64,000 bases of DNA from an uncultured Desulfobacteraceae bacterium (GCA_964478625.1 CAYZJH010000006.1:12543-76542); one strand, 5' to 3'; positions 10,518 through 20,222 are shown, counted from the stretch's first letter. Made by a program: numbers and translations. The notes: generated by a model from the letters alone, not told the origin.

Positions 10518-11819
10518 ATGACAAGTGATCGACTGCGTGTCTCATCGGGAATCGGAGAGCTGGACCGACTACTCGGAGGACTTTTTATCGGCGATAATGT
10601 GGTCTGGTATGACGATGCCGGAAGCCTTGCTCTGGTTTTTTGTCTCAATTTCATACAAGATTCGCAGTCCCACAACAAACCGATCATTTACGTCAGTTTC
10701 GACAGAAGTCCCAAAAACCTTCTGGAAACACTTGGACCATTGGCACAATATCCTCTGCTCACAATCCTGGACTGCTTTACTCATGGCAAGGGTGAAAGCA
10801 ATGAAGTGTTTTTAAAGTTTTATCAAAACAGGAAAATCAAAGAAACCGGACGCATCATTGCCGTTGAAAATCCGCGAAGCGTGGAAAAAACCATGAACGC
10901 ATTTTATGGAGTCCACGCCAAACTTGAAGGGGATGTCCGGTTCGTTTTTGAAAGCCTTACCGGTATGCAAAAACTCTGGTCAGGGGAAGAGGACATTTTG
11001 AATTTTTACTCCCACTCCTGTCCCCGGCTTTATGAATTAAATACCGTGGCCTATTGGATTATTGAAAAACGTGCTCATTCTTCCAGGCTCAAAGCCCAAA
11101 TCAATCGGGTGGCTCAGGTGGCTGTTGAACTTTCCCTAAAAAGGGGAACAACCACCCTGAGTATTGTAAAAGCTGAAAAGCGACAAACCGACACTCTCAA
11201 TACGCCATTCAAATACTGGACCCAGGATTTATCCATTACGCTTGAATCGGGGAAAAAAAGCACCGGCCGGATCGATCTGGGGACTCGCCTGAAAGATCTT
11301 CGAACCAAAAGAGGATTTTCCCAGACCGAGTTAGCCAAACTGGTGGGAGTGACGCCCTCCAGTATTTCCCAGATCGAAAGCAACCTGATACTCCCCTCCC
11401 TTCCGGCCCTTCTAAAAGTCGCCGAAGTCCTTTCAGTGGAGGTCAGTTCCTTTTTCCAGGACACTCAACATACCACTAACCGGGTAGTTTTTTCCTCATC
11501 CGAATCCATGGATTTCCAACTGAGCGGAATTCCCAAAAACACTGCCATTGCCAAGCGATTGACTCCGGTCGATTTCGACCCAAAGGCAGAACCATTCCTG
11601 ATCGAAATCCCCCCCAAAGAAACATTGCCGTCTCATTTTTTTGTCCACAAAGGTGACGAAATGGGCTACATGCTTACAGGTAACCTGGTGATTAAAATGC
11701 AAAAAACATCCCATACCATCAAGCCCGGAGATCTGATTTACCTGGATTCGGAAATCCCCTTACAATGGAAAAACCCCGGCCCCGGCACTGCAAGAATTCT
11801 TTGGATCAAATTAAAATAA
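10518..11819 (+). CDS. three-domain regulator: KaiC/RecA-like domain lacking a P-loop + XRE-type HTH + C-terminal cupin
   Basis: 433 aa. The N-terminus SGIGELDRLLGGLFIGDNVVWYDDAGSLA resembles the KaiC/RadA entry motif, but GxxGxGKT is absent. The middle LKDLRTKRGFSQTELAKLVGVTPSSISQIESN is an XRE HTH. The end GDEMGYMLTGNLVIKM...PGDLIYLDSEIPLQWKNPG is cupin-like. Confidence 0.7.
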   Translation: MTSDRLRVSSGIGELDRLLGGLFIGDNVVWYDDAGSLALVFCLNFIQDSQSHNKPIIYVSFDRSPKNLLETLGPLAQYPLLTILDCFTHGKGESNEVFLKFYQNRKIKETGRIIAVENPRSVEKTMNAFYGVHAKLEGDVRFVFESLTGMQKLWSGEEDILNFYSHSCPRLYELNTVAYWIIEKRAHSSRLKAQINRVAQVAVELSLKRGTTTLSIVKAEKRQTDTLNTPFKYWTQDLSITLESGKKSTGRIDLGTRLKDLRTKRGFSQTELAKLVGVTPSSISQIESNLILPSLPALLKVAEVLSVEVSSFFQDTQHTTNRVVFSSSESMDFQLSGIPKNTAIAKRLTPVDFDPKAEPFLIEIPPKETLPSHFFVHKGDEMGYMLTGNLVIKMQKTSHTIKPGDLIYLDSEIPLQWKNPGPGTARILWIKLK

Positions 11820-11852
11820 GCCAGGATCAGACAGGAAAATAAACTGATCGAT

Positions 11853-12056
11853 TTGACAATGACACTTTTTTAATTGGTGACCGGCAGCCTTAACCTGACC
11901 CCGATGGGCAAAGCCTGTCCCGGGCATGAACCGGTAGAGCCGGGCACGAAGTGAAGCCTTCAGGAACTATCCATAAGCTGAAACCATCCGGCTGGATGCC
12001 GGCTCCCGGTTTATGCCCGGGACAAGCTTCGCCGGTATGATGTTAAGAACTTTCTC
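11853..12056. repeat. MITE-family composite repeat
   Basis: Contains family modules cctgtcccgggcatgaaccggtagagccgggcacgaagtgaagcc and, inverted, ggctcccggtttatgcccgggacaagcttcgccgg. Boundaries approximate. Confidence 0.7.
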
Positions 12057-12532
12057 CATTTTAAACACATCAATTCAGATGGAAGCTTTTTTCATCCAAA
12101 TTCGCTGATTTTTGTTTTTTAAGAGGTCACAGAGTGCTTATGACAGCTTGTCGGCTAAAAGATCTCACAGATCCCTAACCGGCCATTTTCTTGCTGATCC
12201 TCAGGAGCCAAAGGCTGAGTGCCTGCTTGATGCCAACCAGTCTAACCATATAATATCAATAGAAAATTTCTATCATTATCCCTTATTAACTATTGACAAC
12301 TCAATAGATCAAAGCATAAAACGGAATCGTCCACTAACATGGATTCGGACTGCAAGCAAAAGCAGCCGCAGGGGGAGTTCTGATCTCCATACCGGTATAA
12401 CTCAATTTAGATATTTATAAACGATTCCTTCTTTTTCTAAGGGCAGGGATCGATTCGAGTCTTTTGTAAAATTGATACCATACAAAATAAAATGACGAAG
12501 CCTAACGGTTTCATTGAACCCATTTAAGGCGA

Positions 12533-14608
12533 TTGATGGACAGTTTTCAGGAAATTGGCCGCCTGGCGGATAACAATATTTTGGAAAACAGGCTGGAAAA
12601 AGGCCACAAAATTCACAGGCAATATCTGGTCAATATTTTGAATTACATCAACTTTCAAGACCGGGCGATCCTGATTAAATTTAAACATAAAAAATACAAT
12701 ACCCTGTTCTCACTGGAGGCCGAACCGCTTCCATGTATCAATGAAAAACTGGAATGCTCCTTTTTCGGCTCACCTGAGTTTTTGATGGAGATCCATTTTT
12801 ATGAACTGTTGCACCTGTTGATCAACAATGACCAGAAGATGATCATTGTAAAGCCTGAAATCGAATTGATCACTGAAAACAGAATCCATTTTATTCTCCC
12901 CCAATCCTGCCATGAATTGAATTTCCGCAAAGCACCAAGATATTCTAGCCGTAATATCCATGTCGAATTGATTCAAAACGGTGTATCATTTCGTGGTATT
13001 CTAATCGATTTCAGTTATATTTCCTTTTCTATGAAGCTATTTCCGGATCCATCCCAATCCTTTCAATGGATCAATCCCAGTGCGGTGGTCATGGTCATTT
13101 TCAAACGTGCCCAAGATATTATCTATTCCGGAACCTGTCATGTAATACGTCAGGAACAGGACCATGAATCCATGAAAATTGTCCTCGCACCTGTCGCCGA
13201 CGAAATATCCAGGTTTAAGCCTAAAATGTTCCGGAGTTTCCAGCAAAACCTGATCCCATCCCCAAATATTGTTTTTCGTCATCCTTTGACTGAAAAAACC
13301 ATCAGCATGGATGTATCCGGCCTGTCATGTGCGGACCTGTCATGTGAGGAATACCTTTCAGGAGCATCATTGTTTACGGGATTGATTATTCCCGGCCTAG
13401 ATATCGAGTTTGCACCAAATTTTAAAATCCGATGCCGCGCCCAGGTGGTCAAACGACACACTGAAGGTTCAATGAATCAAAATTCCCTGATTCGATGGGA
13501 TATTTCATTCATAGACATGAATATTCAGGACCAGGTTCAACTCTCCAATTTAATTTACCAGGCAGGAAACCGAAAGACTTATGTGTGTAATCGGCTGGAT
13601 ATGGATGCGCTTTGGAAATTCTTTTTTGATACCGGCTTTTTTTATCCTGAAAAATATTCCCATATCCAGATCAATAAAAATCAGTTCAAGAAGGTATATG
13701 AACGGCTCTATAATCATCACCCCGAAATCGCCCATCATTTTGTATTTCAGGATAAAGGTTCCATATATGGTCACATTGCCATGATCCGTTTTTACGATAA
13801 AACGTGGCTGATCCATCATCATGCAGCCAAAGGTCCGTCCCTGAAAAAAGCCGGGCTTATGGTGTTGAATCAAATCGGCCGGTATATCAACGATTTTTCC
13901 TGGCTGCACTCAACCCACATGCAATATGTCATGTGTTATTACCGCCCTGAAAACAAATTTCCGAACCGTATTTTCGGGGGGTTTGCGCTCTATTTGAACA
14001 ATCCGGGAAGATGTTCCGTTGATGAACTGGCCTATTGCTATTTTCCTGAAACCCATGGTTCACCGGATTCTCTTGAATCTTTTTTGGCGGATTCCGCAAC
14101 CAGCATTGAAAAAACTTGCATTGATGATATTCTTGCCCTGAACAATTTCTATCAAGGGATATCAGGCGGGCTTTTGCTGGATGCCCTGGACCTTAAACCC
14201 GGATCCTTCAACAAAAATGACCTTGGGCAAAAATACCGGCAACTTCATTTCAAACGGGAAAAATATGTGTTCTCTCTGAAGATCGACCGGCGATTGAACG
14301 CAGTGATTATGTTGACCTTGTCGGATATCGGTTTGAATTTATCCAACCTGACCAATTGTTTCCATGTAATCGTAATGGATTCGGAGACCCTTTCTGCCGA
14401 TATTTTGGTTTCCTCATTGCAGTTATTGGCAATGAATTATTCCTGTGCAGCCATGCAAAGCACTCCGGTGCTGATATATCCTGAAAGGTATGCGCAGAAT
14501 AAACGGCTTTTACAGGACAAATCCTACAAGGTTTGGGTTTTTGATATCCGTTATAGTGATCAATATTTTCAGTATATGGCTGATATTTACCCTTCCCATT
14601 CAGCTTGA
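12533..14608 (+). CDS. large hypothetical protein with two degenerate PilZ-like segments and an unassigned C-terminal half
   Basis: 691 aa. RKAPR (RxxxR) is followed 22 residues later by DFSYIS. A second DVSGLS lies about 100 residues downstream. Both have Ser where canonical PilZ has Gly in D/NxSxxG. Sits 29 bp upstream of the HD-GYP gene. Confidence 0.5.
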   Translation: MMDSFQEIGRLADNNILENRLEKGHKIHRQYLVNILNYINFQDRAILIKFKHKKYNTLFSLEAEPLPCINEKLECSFFGSPEFLMEIHFYELLHLLINNDQKMIIVKPEIELITENRIHFILPQSCHELNFRKAPRYSSRNIHVELIQNGVSFRGILIDFSYISFSMKLFPDPSQSFQWINPSAVVMVIFKRAQDIIYSGTCHVIRQEQDHESMKIVLAPVADEISRFKPKMFRSFQQNLIPSPNIVFRHPLTEKTISMDVSGLSCADLSCEEYLSGASLFTGLIIPGLDIEFAPNFKIRCRAQVVKRHTEGSMNQNSLIRWDISFIDMNIQDQVQLSNLIYQAGNRKTYVCNRLDMDALWKFFFDTGFFYPEKYSHIQINKNQFKKVYERLYNHHPEIAHHFVFQDKGSIYGHIAMIRFYDKTWLIHHHAAKGPSLKKAGLMVLNQIGRYINDFSWLHSTHMQYVMCYYRPENKFPNRIFGGFALYLNNPGRCSVDELAYCYFPETHGSPDSLESFLADSATSIEKTCIDDILALNNFYQGISGGLLLDALDLKPGSFNKNDLGQKYRQLHFKREKYVFSLKIDRRLNAVIMLTLSDIGLNLSNLTNCFHVIVMDSETLSADILVSSLQLLAMNYSCAAMQSTPVLIYPERYAQNKRLLQDKSYKVWVFDIRYSDQYFQYMADIYPSHSA

Positions 14609-14637
14609 ATAGGGTTTTCGGGATAAGGTGAAGCAAG

Positions 14638-16668
14638 ATGGAATCTATCGATGATCAACCCCTGTACAGCAGCAGAATCATTAATACCTATATCAAATTG
14701 CTTAAAAAGCGATACAGCTTTATTAATGTGGGAGAGCTGTTAAAAAAATCTGAAATGAAATCGTATCAGGTAGAAGATGAAGGTCACTGGTTTACCCAGA
14801 AACAGGTTGATCTTTTTTATGAAAATGTCAAAAATCTCACCCGCAATAAAAAAATAGCCAGAGAAGCCGGCCGTTATGCTGCTTCACCCGAAGCTTTGGG
14901 AATAATGCGTCATTTTATTCTCGGATGCGTGGAGCCTGCGACCGCCTATCTGATGCTTGAAAAAGCGGTTCCCAATTTTACCAAATCCTCCACCTTTAAA
15001 GTGAACCAAATCAATTCTTCAGCAGTGGAAATTATCGTTGAAACCATAAACGGATTCTGTGAAAAACCCTACCAGTGTGAAAACCGAATTGGCTACATCG
15101 AAGCCGTATCGCTGATATTCAACTATCGTTTGCCCAACGTGAAGCATCCTGAATGCATGTTTAACGGAGGAAAAGTCTGCAGATATATCGTGTCATGGAA
15201 AAGATCCCGTTCTGCAATTTGTAAAAGAATCAGAAACGGTGTCACCATCCCGATGCTGACCGTATGTGCGGCAACGGTTTTTATGCTTCCGGATGTCGCA
15301 TTACCCCTTGTATTGAGTTCCCTTTTTATTTTTCTATTGCTTTCCCTTCGTGCCGAATGTTTAAAAAAAAATGAATACCAATTTGCGTTAAACTGTCTGA
15401 TGGGCTCCAGCGACAAACTGTTAAACCAGATCAACATCAATTATAACAATGCCATGCTGGCCAATGAACTTGGCCAGTCCATCAATAAAAAACTGAGTGT
15501 CGAGGGTGTTGCCAACGAAGTCATTCAGGTAATCCAAAAACGGCTGGATTTTGACCGGGGGATCATCTGGATGGTGGATAAAGCCCAAAATAAACTGGTT
15601 TTCCAGTCCGGGTTCGGTTACACGGAAAAACAGCTGGATACGCTGATCAAAACAGAGTTTCATCTGGATAATCCGAAATCTAAAGGTGTTTTCGTCCTTT
15701 GTGTTCTGAAAAAAAGACCTTTTCTGATCAACAATGTGGATGATATCGCAGAATCGCTTTCCCCCAAGAGCCTGGAATATCTGAAACTATTGGAAAGCAC
15801 CTCCTTTATCTGCTGTCCCATTATCTATGAAGGTGAGGCCTTGGGGATTTTTGCAGTGGACAATGTTAAAAACAAAAGACCATTGTATCAAAGCGATATG
15901 AGTCTTCTGATGGGAATCGCTCCGGAAATCGGAATCAGTATCCATAACGCCACCCTGATTGAGTCCAAAGAGCGCCAGTTCAAATCGATCCTGCAAACAC
16001 TCGCTGCCAGCATTGATGCACGTGACCCTCTGACGGCCGGTCATTCCGAACGCGTCACACAATACTCACTTGGTATATGCCAGGAAATGAATCTTGCCGA
16101 AACCTTTTGTGAAACCATCAAAGTGGCCGCATTGCTTCATGACTATGGAAAAATCGGTATCAGTGATTCAATCCTGAAAAAGAAAGAAGCCCTGACCCCC
16201 GAAGAATATCGGCAAATTCAGACCCATGCTGAAAAATCGAGACGAATCCTGGAACAAATTAACTTTGAAGGCATCTACAGTGCGGTTCCGGATATAGCCG
16301 GATCCCATCATGAAAAATTTGATGGATCCGGATATCCCCATAACCTCAAAGGAGATGAGATCCCCTTAGGTTCCAGAATCATTGCCGTTGCTGATGTTTT
16401 CGAAGCCATCACATCCAAACGCCACTATCGGAATCCCATGCCGGAAGATATCGCTTTGGGCATCATTGCCCACCAGAGTGGAAAGCATTTTGACGGCGAA
16501 ATTGTACAGGCCTTTTTCCGGCATTACAATAAATTGAGAACAGGAGAAAACCGCCAGATTGATCTTTCAGTCAACCTGGAAAAAATAAGAAATGGAGGCG
16601 ATTTATCCAAAAGGCTTACGACCTTTGCATATAATCAGCGGAGTATAGGTAAATCTTCCGGGGTCTGA
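14638..16668 (+). CDS. membrane-anchored GAF / HD-GYP c-di-GMP phosphodiesterase with an N-terminal sensor-like domain
   Basis: 676 aa. The N-terminal ~190 aa is an unassigned domain ending HPECMFNGGKVCRYIV. Then a hydrophobic stretch (TIPMLTVCAATVFMLPDVALPLVLSSLFIFLLLSL), a GAF-like region, and HD-GYP motifs HDYGKI and HHEKFDGSGYP. Confidence 0.85.
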   Translation: MESIDDQPLYSSRIINTYIKLLKKRYSFINVGELLKKSEMKSYQVEDEGHWFTQKQVDLFYENVKNLTRNKKIAREAGRYAASPEALGIMRHFILGCVEPATAYLMLEKAVPNFTKSSTFKVNQINSSAVEIIVETINGFCEKPYQCENRIGYIEAVSLIFNYRLPNVKHPECMFNGGKVCRYIVSWKRSRSAICKRIRNGVTIPMLTVCAATVFMLPDVALPLVLSSLFIFLLLSLRAECLKKNEYQFALNCLMGSSDKLLNQININYNNAMLANELGQSINKKLSVEGVANEVIQVIQKRLDFDRGIIWMVDKAQNKLVFQSGFGYTEKQLDTLIKTEFHLDNPKSKGVFVLCVLKKRPFLINNVDDIAESLSPKSLEYLKLLESTSFICCPIIYEGEALGIFAVDNVKNKRPLYQSDMSLLMGIAPEIGISIHNATLIESKERQFKSILQTLAASIDARDPLTAGHSERVTQYSLGICQEMNLAETFCETIKVAALLHDYGKIGISDSILKKKEALTPEEYRQIQTHAEKSRRILEQINFEGIYSAVPDIAGSHHEKFDGSGYPHNLKGDEIPLGSRIIAVADVFEAITSKRHYRNPMPEDIALGIIAHQSGKHFDGEIVQAFFRHYNKLRTGENRQIDLSVNLEKIRNGGDLSKRLTTFAYNQRSIGKSSGV

Positions 16669-17433
16669 AAAAAACCGGTTGAATTCAAAAAGAAATTCAT
16701 CATAACCCTTTTCATATTCATCAAAGCGATAGCCGATTTTTTGAGAGGCCACCTCAATCTTTTTACCCCAATTATAGGCATCCTTCTGGTGTAACTGGCC
16801 GAAAATCAAATGGTGCGCCGTTATTTTCACATCAATATCCATAAACCCCAACCGATAGAGGTGGGAATATAATTTGCGACCCGCAAACGGATCAAAGTCA
16901 CTGCAATTTTCCAGGGATGTCATGAGCGAAAACACTGTCTTTTCAAGTCTTTTCGGAAGACCATAATGACTGAGGCAATTATGGTCCAAATCGATAAGGC
17001 AAAGAATTCCACCCGGCTTCACAAGCTTCGATAGATTGTTTACAATGTCAAAGGATGTTTTTCTGAAATATTCCAACATGAACCTGACCCACACAAAATC
17101 AAACACCCCCAAATCGGTCAGATCTTTTCGGATATCCCTGCAAAAAAATTGTAAACCGTTTTTTCCGTAGGTTCTTTCAGCGTATTCGATTCGATCTTGT
17201 GACAAATCGATACCGACAACCGCTCCATCAGGACTGACAAGATTATGGAGCGCATGGGTGGTTTTTCCTGAACCACAACCGATATCGGCAACCTGCATTC
17301 CTGTCCGGATACCCGCCCATACGGCCTGATCAGCAACAGACCGGCAATCCGTTTTGATGTTCAAGCGGGTTATCTCTTCCATGTTTTCCATGAGATATTC
17401 ATTCTGAAACATTTTGAAAGATCCCTCTACCAT
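16603..17433 (-). CDS. class I SAM-dependent methyltransferase
   Basis: 276 aa; SAM motif I VADIGCGSGKTT and downstream VVGIDLS. The 3' end overlaps the convergent HD-GYP gene by 66 bp. Confidence 0.8.
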   Translation of the reverse strand: MVEGSFKMFQNEYLMENMEEITRLNIKTDCRSVADQAVWAGIRTGMQVADIGCGSGKTTHALHNLVSPDGAVVGIDLSQDRIEYAERTYGKNGLQFFCRDIRKDLTDLGVFDFVWVRFMLEYFRKTSFDIVNNLSKLVKPGGILCLIDLDHNCLSHYGLPKRLEKTVFSLMTSLENCSDFDPFAGRKLYSHLYRLGFMDIDVKITAHHLIFGQLHQKDAYNWGKKIEVASQKIGYRFDEYEKGYDEFLFEFNRFFSDPGRFTYTPLIICKGRKPFG

Positions 17434-17605
17434 TTTGAATTGTCCAATCTCGACTGTGTCATGTATAGGCCATTGCCTCTGTGACTTCCCTAATAATTCG
17501 CTAAATCGTGGCTGAATGAAAACTTTCTGGTATGATTATCCTTTTTCCTGTTTTTCCCCCTTCAGGTAGTGGAAATAAAAGGCTTTTCAATACGGCACTG
17601 ATAAA

Positions 17606-17824
17606 CTTGACAGTCTTAAGTTCCCATAACTCCTTGAAATGAATTATTGCCGATTTTATTGTTTCGTCATTCCGGCGGAAGCCGGTATCCAGTCTCCATC
17701 ATTTCGGCGGAACTTGTCCCGTACTTGAACCGGGAGCCGGTATCCACCCCACGTGAATTCAGGAACTCGGTTTTCCTGGATGCCTGATCAAGTCCGGCAT
17801 GACGGAGAACTTTGTAGTGTCAAG
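17606..17824 (-). mobile_element. 219-bp MITE-family element with a 7-bp target-site duplication
   Basis: TIRs CTTGACAGTCTTAAGTTCCC (left) and GGAGAACTTTGTAGTGTCAAG (right). Hairpin module at 17780-17800. Flanked by identical TGATAAA at 17599-17605 and 17825-17831. Confidence 0.9.
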
Positions 17825-18123
17825 TGATAAACTGTCCGCATTCATATCATGTTCAGAAACCATAATGTTTCCGTTAACCATCTTCCGATCCTGAATCCAA
17901 TACCGATCATTCATCTTTTGACCGGTGTTCATTTTCTTAATCATCCTATGACAAAATCGATAGTACCTGTCAATTATTTGTTTTCATTAATCAATCACCG
18001 AATCATCCGGTACAATTCCCGGCCCTATGGCTACCACAGGATATTGATGTAGCCTCCGGGGATGGGGGGATATATATTGTGGTTGACCCTCGGACAAACT
18101 TTTTTTCCCCATAAAATTTTTCT

Positions 18124-19194
18124 TCATAGCAATCCGCCGGACCCGATCGCTTCATTGTAGACAATTCCCCGAAGAAGCCTTCCCAGAATATCAGATCCGG
18201 TGATGACCCTTTTTTCCTCACCCCAGAAAATAATGATATCCTCATCAATGACATCATCATCGCTTCGTTCAGGATTCACCTTAAATTTGGGAATCGTTTC
18301 CCCAAGACGTATCCGCTTGTCCCTGATAATAATGGGACGATGACAATGTTTATAGGGGTTGAAACCGGAATAATTGAACAGGGCATCTCTGAGGAAACTG
18401 TCGGAATTTAAGGTCATTTTGGGTTCACCGGTTGAATCGACCACAATAATCCATTTTTTACCGGAAACATGGATGCGGTTCAAAAAATCATCGGATCCAG
18501 AGGGTGTGATCTTTGGAAAAACCGGTTTACCGCCTTTAAATTCCATCATGATGATGCTTTTCGGATCGATGATCTCACCTTCTTCCGTCACGGGAAGATC
18601 GTCAATGGCCAGAAAATTGAGCGCTCCCCTTCCCTCCACACGGTCGATATCGGTATCTGCCGAATAGACATGCATGCTGATCAGTTTGCGAAAATCCTTT
18701 TCCTTAAAATAGGTAATGGCCTCCGCACCCAACAACTTGTCGAGAACAAGGGCCGTGGGTTTTGCCACCGGAAAAAGCAGAATTTGATAAAACCGGATCA
18801 TCGGAACCAGCAAGGATGCCACTTTTAGAGCATTACGAGAAAAGTAGGCCTGAGGCAGAATTTCACCTACAATGGTAATAAGGACTGTCGAAAACAAAAA
18901 GGCCATCGTACCGGTCAGTACTGATCCGGAGAGCAAGGCCAGAAGCACATTGACCGATACGTTTCCCCAAAGAATGGTGACCAGCAAAAAATTTGCATCC
19001 TGCCTCAAAGCCAAAACTCTGCGAGCGTGTTTGTTGTTTTTTGACACCTCGATTTCAAGACGCAGTTTCGTCACCATAAAAAAGGCCAGATTTGATCCCG
19101 AAAATACAGCAGACTGCAAAATACAAAGGGCGATCCCGGCCCATACAACGATTGTCATAAGAAGACCCCTTGAGTATTCATTGTAAATCCGCAA
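18124..19194 (-). CDS. DUF21/CNNM-family membrane protein (CorC/TlyC-like) with a CBS-like C-terminal region
   Basis: 356 aa; N-terminal four-TM DUF21 pattern (FSGSNLAFFMV...LVTILWGNVSVNVLLALL), then a soluble CBS-pair-like part. Confidence 0.75.
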   Translation of the reverse strand: MRIYNEYSRGLLMTIVVWAGIALCILQSAVFSGSNLAFFMVTKLRLEIEVSKNNKHARRVLALRQDANFLLVTILWGNVSVNVLLALLSGSVLTGTMAFLFSTVLITIVGEILPQAYFSRNALKVASLLVPMIRFYQILLFPVAKPTALVLDKLLGAEAITYFKEKDFRKLISMHVYSADTDIDRVEGRGALNFLAIDDLPVTEEGEIIDPKSIIMMEFKGGKPVFPKITPSGSDDFLNRIHVSGKKWIIVVDSTGEPKMTLNSDSFLRDALFNYSGFNPYKHCHRPIIIRDKRIRLGETIPKFKVNPERSDDDVIDEDIIIFWGEEKRVITGSDILGRLLRGIVYNEAIGSGGLL

Positions 19195-19247
19195 GTCCCC
19201 AAAAAGGATGCGGCCTCATTCCCCAGATTTTTGCGACTTTACAGTCT

Positions 19248-20222
19248 TCAGGTACCCCCCCGGACAGATACTATCAAGAATGCCACATACCCTATATAAG
19301 AGGTTAACAGGATCCCTCCCTCGACCCGATTGATTCTGCCCGGCCCGCGAAAACCGTATCCAACAACAAAAATCGAAAAAGTCAAAAGGGTCATCCATAA
19401 AAAATCTCGCCTTAAAATTTCCGGAGGAATACTTATCGGATGGATTACAGAGGCAATACCCACAACGGCCAGGGTGTTGAAAAGATTAGACCCGATCACA
19501 TTGCCCACAGCAATATCATGTTCTTTTCTGCGGGCAGCAACCGCCGACGAGGCCAGCTCCGGAAGAGATGTACCTAAAGCCACAATGGTCAGACCGATAA
19601 TCAGGTCACCGACACCAAAACCCTGCGCAATCTCCACAGCACCCCACACCAGCATGCGGGAACTGATCACCAACAGGGCAAATCCACCGAAAAGCCACAG
19701 GACCGCCAATTTCAGTGAAATCGTATATGCATTGAGTTTGCTTTGCATTTCAGTATGAAGATGATCCGTGGGCTTGCGAATCCCTTGCACGATGGTCCAT
19801 ACCATCAGCAGACCAAAAAATGACAGCAAAAACCATCCATCCATTCTGTTTAACTCACCATCCAATAGCTGGAACCCGGCAACCAGCGTGAGCCCAAATA
19901 AAATGGGGAGTTCTCTGGCAAGCACCCTTGAATTCACTGCAATCGGACTGATAACCGCCGTCAGTCCAAGAATCAGCGCGATATTGGCAATATTGGATCC
20001 ATAGGCATTCCCAAGGGCAATGCCCGGATTTCCCTGGAATGCGGCCAAGGCCGAAACCACCATTTCCGGGGCCGAAGTTCCAAATCCTACAATGACCATC
20101 CCGATAAGCAACGGAGGCATCCCTGCATAACGTGCCACTGCAGCCGAACCTTCAACAAACCGGTCAGCACCGTAAACCAACATCACCAATCCCGCAACAA
20201 CAGCAATTCCGGCTAAAATCAC
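19248..20222 (-). CDS. Ca2+/Na+ antiporter, CaCA (YrbG) family
   Basis: 324 aa, about 10 TM; duplicated alpha-repeat motifs GTSAPEMVVS and GTSLPELASS. Confidence 0.9.
   Translation of the reverse strand: MILAGIAVVAGLVMLVYGADRFVEGSAAVARYAGMPPLLIGMVIVGFGTSAPEMVVSALAAFQGNPGIALGNAYGSNIANIALILGLTAVISPIAVNSRVLARELPILFGLTLVAGFQLLDGELNRMDGWFLLSFFGLLMVWTIVQGIRKPTDHLHTEMQSKLNAYTISLKLAVLWLFGGFALLVISSRMLVWGAVEIAQGFGVGDLIIGLTIVALGTSLPELASSAVAARRKEHDIAVGNVIGSNLFNTLAVVGIASVIHPISIPPEILRRDFLWMTLLTFSIFVVGYGFRGPGRINRVEGGILLTSYIGYVAFLIVSVRGGT

Noticed and set aside
12112-12420. 102-aa ORF in the 12.1-12.5 kb gap
   Set aside because: TTG-type start without an SD, a Ser/Arg/Leu-rich low-information translation, and no motif. 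Treated as non-coding.
16603-16668. 66-bp convergent overlap of the HD-GYP and methyltransferase 3' ends
   Set aside because: Both ORFs look real. The overlap involves poorly conserved C-terminal tails (the HD-GYP tail is low-complexity), so it is more likely an annotation-level curiosity than a regulatory feature.
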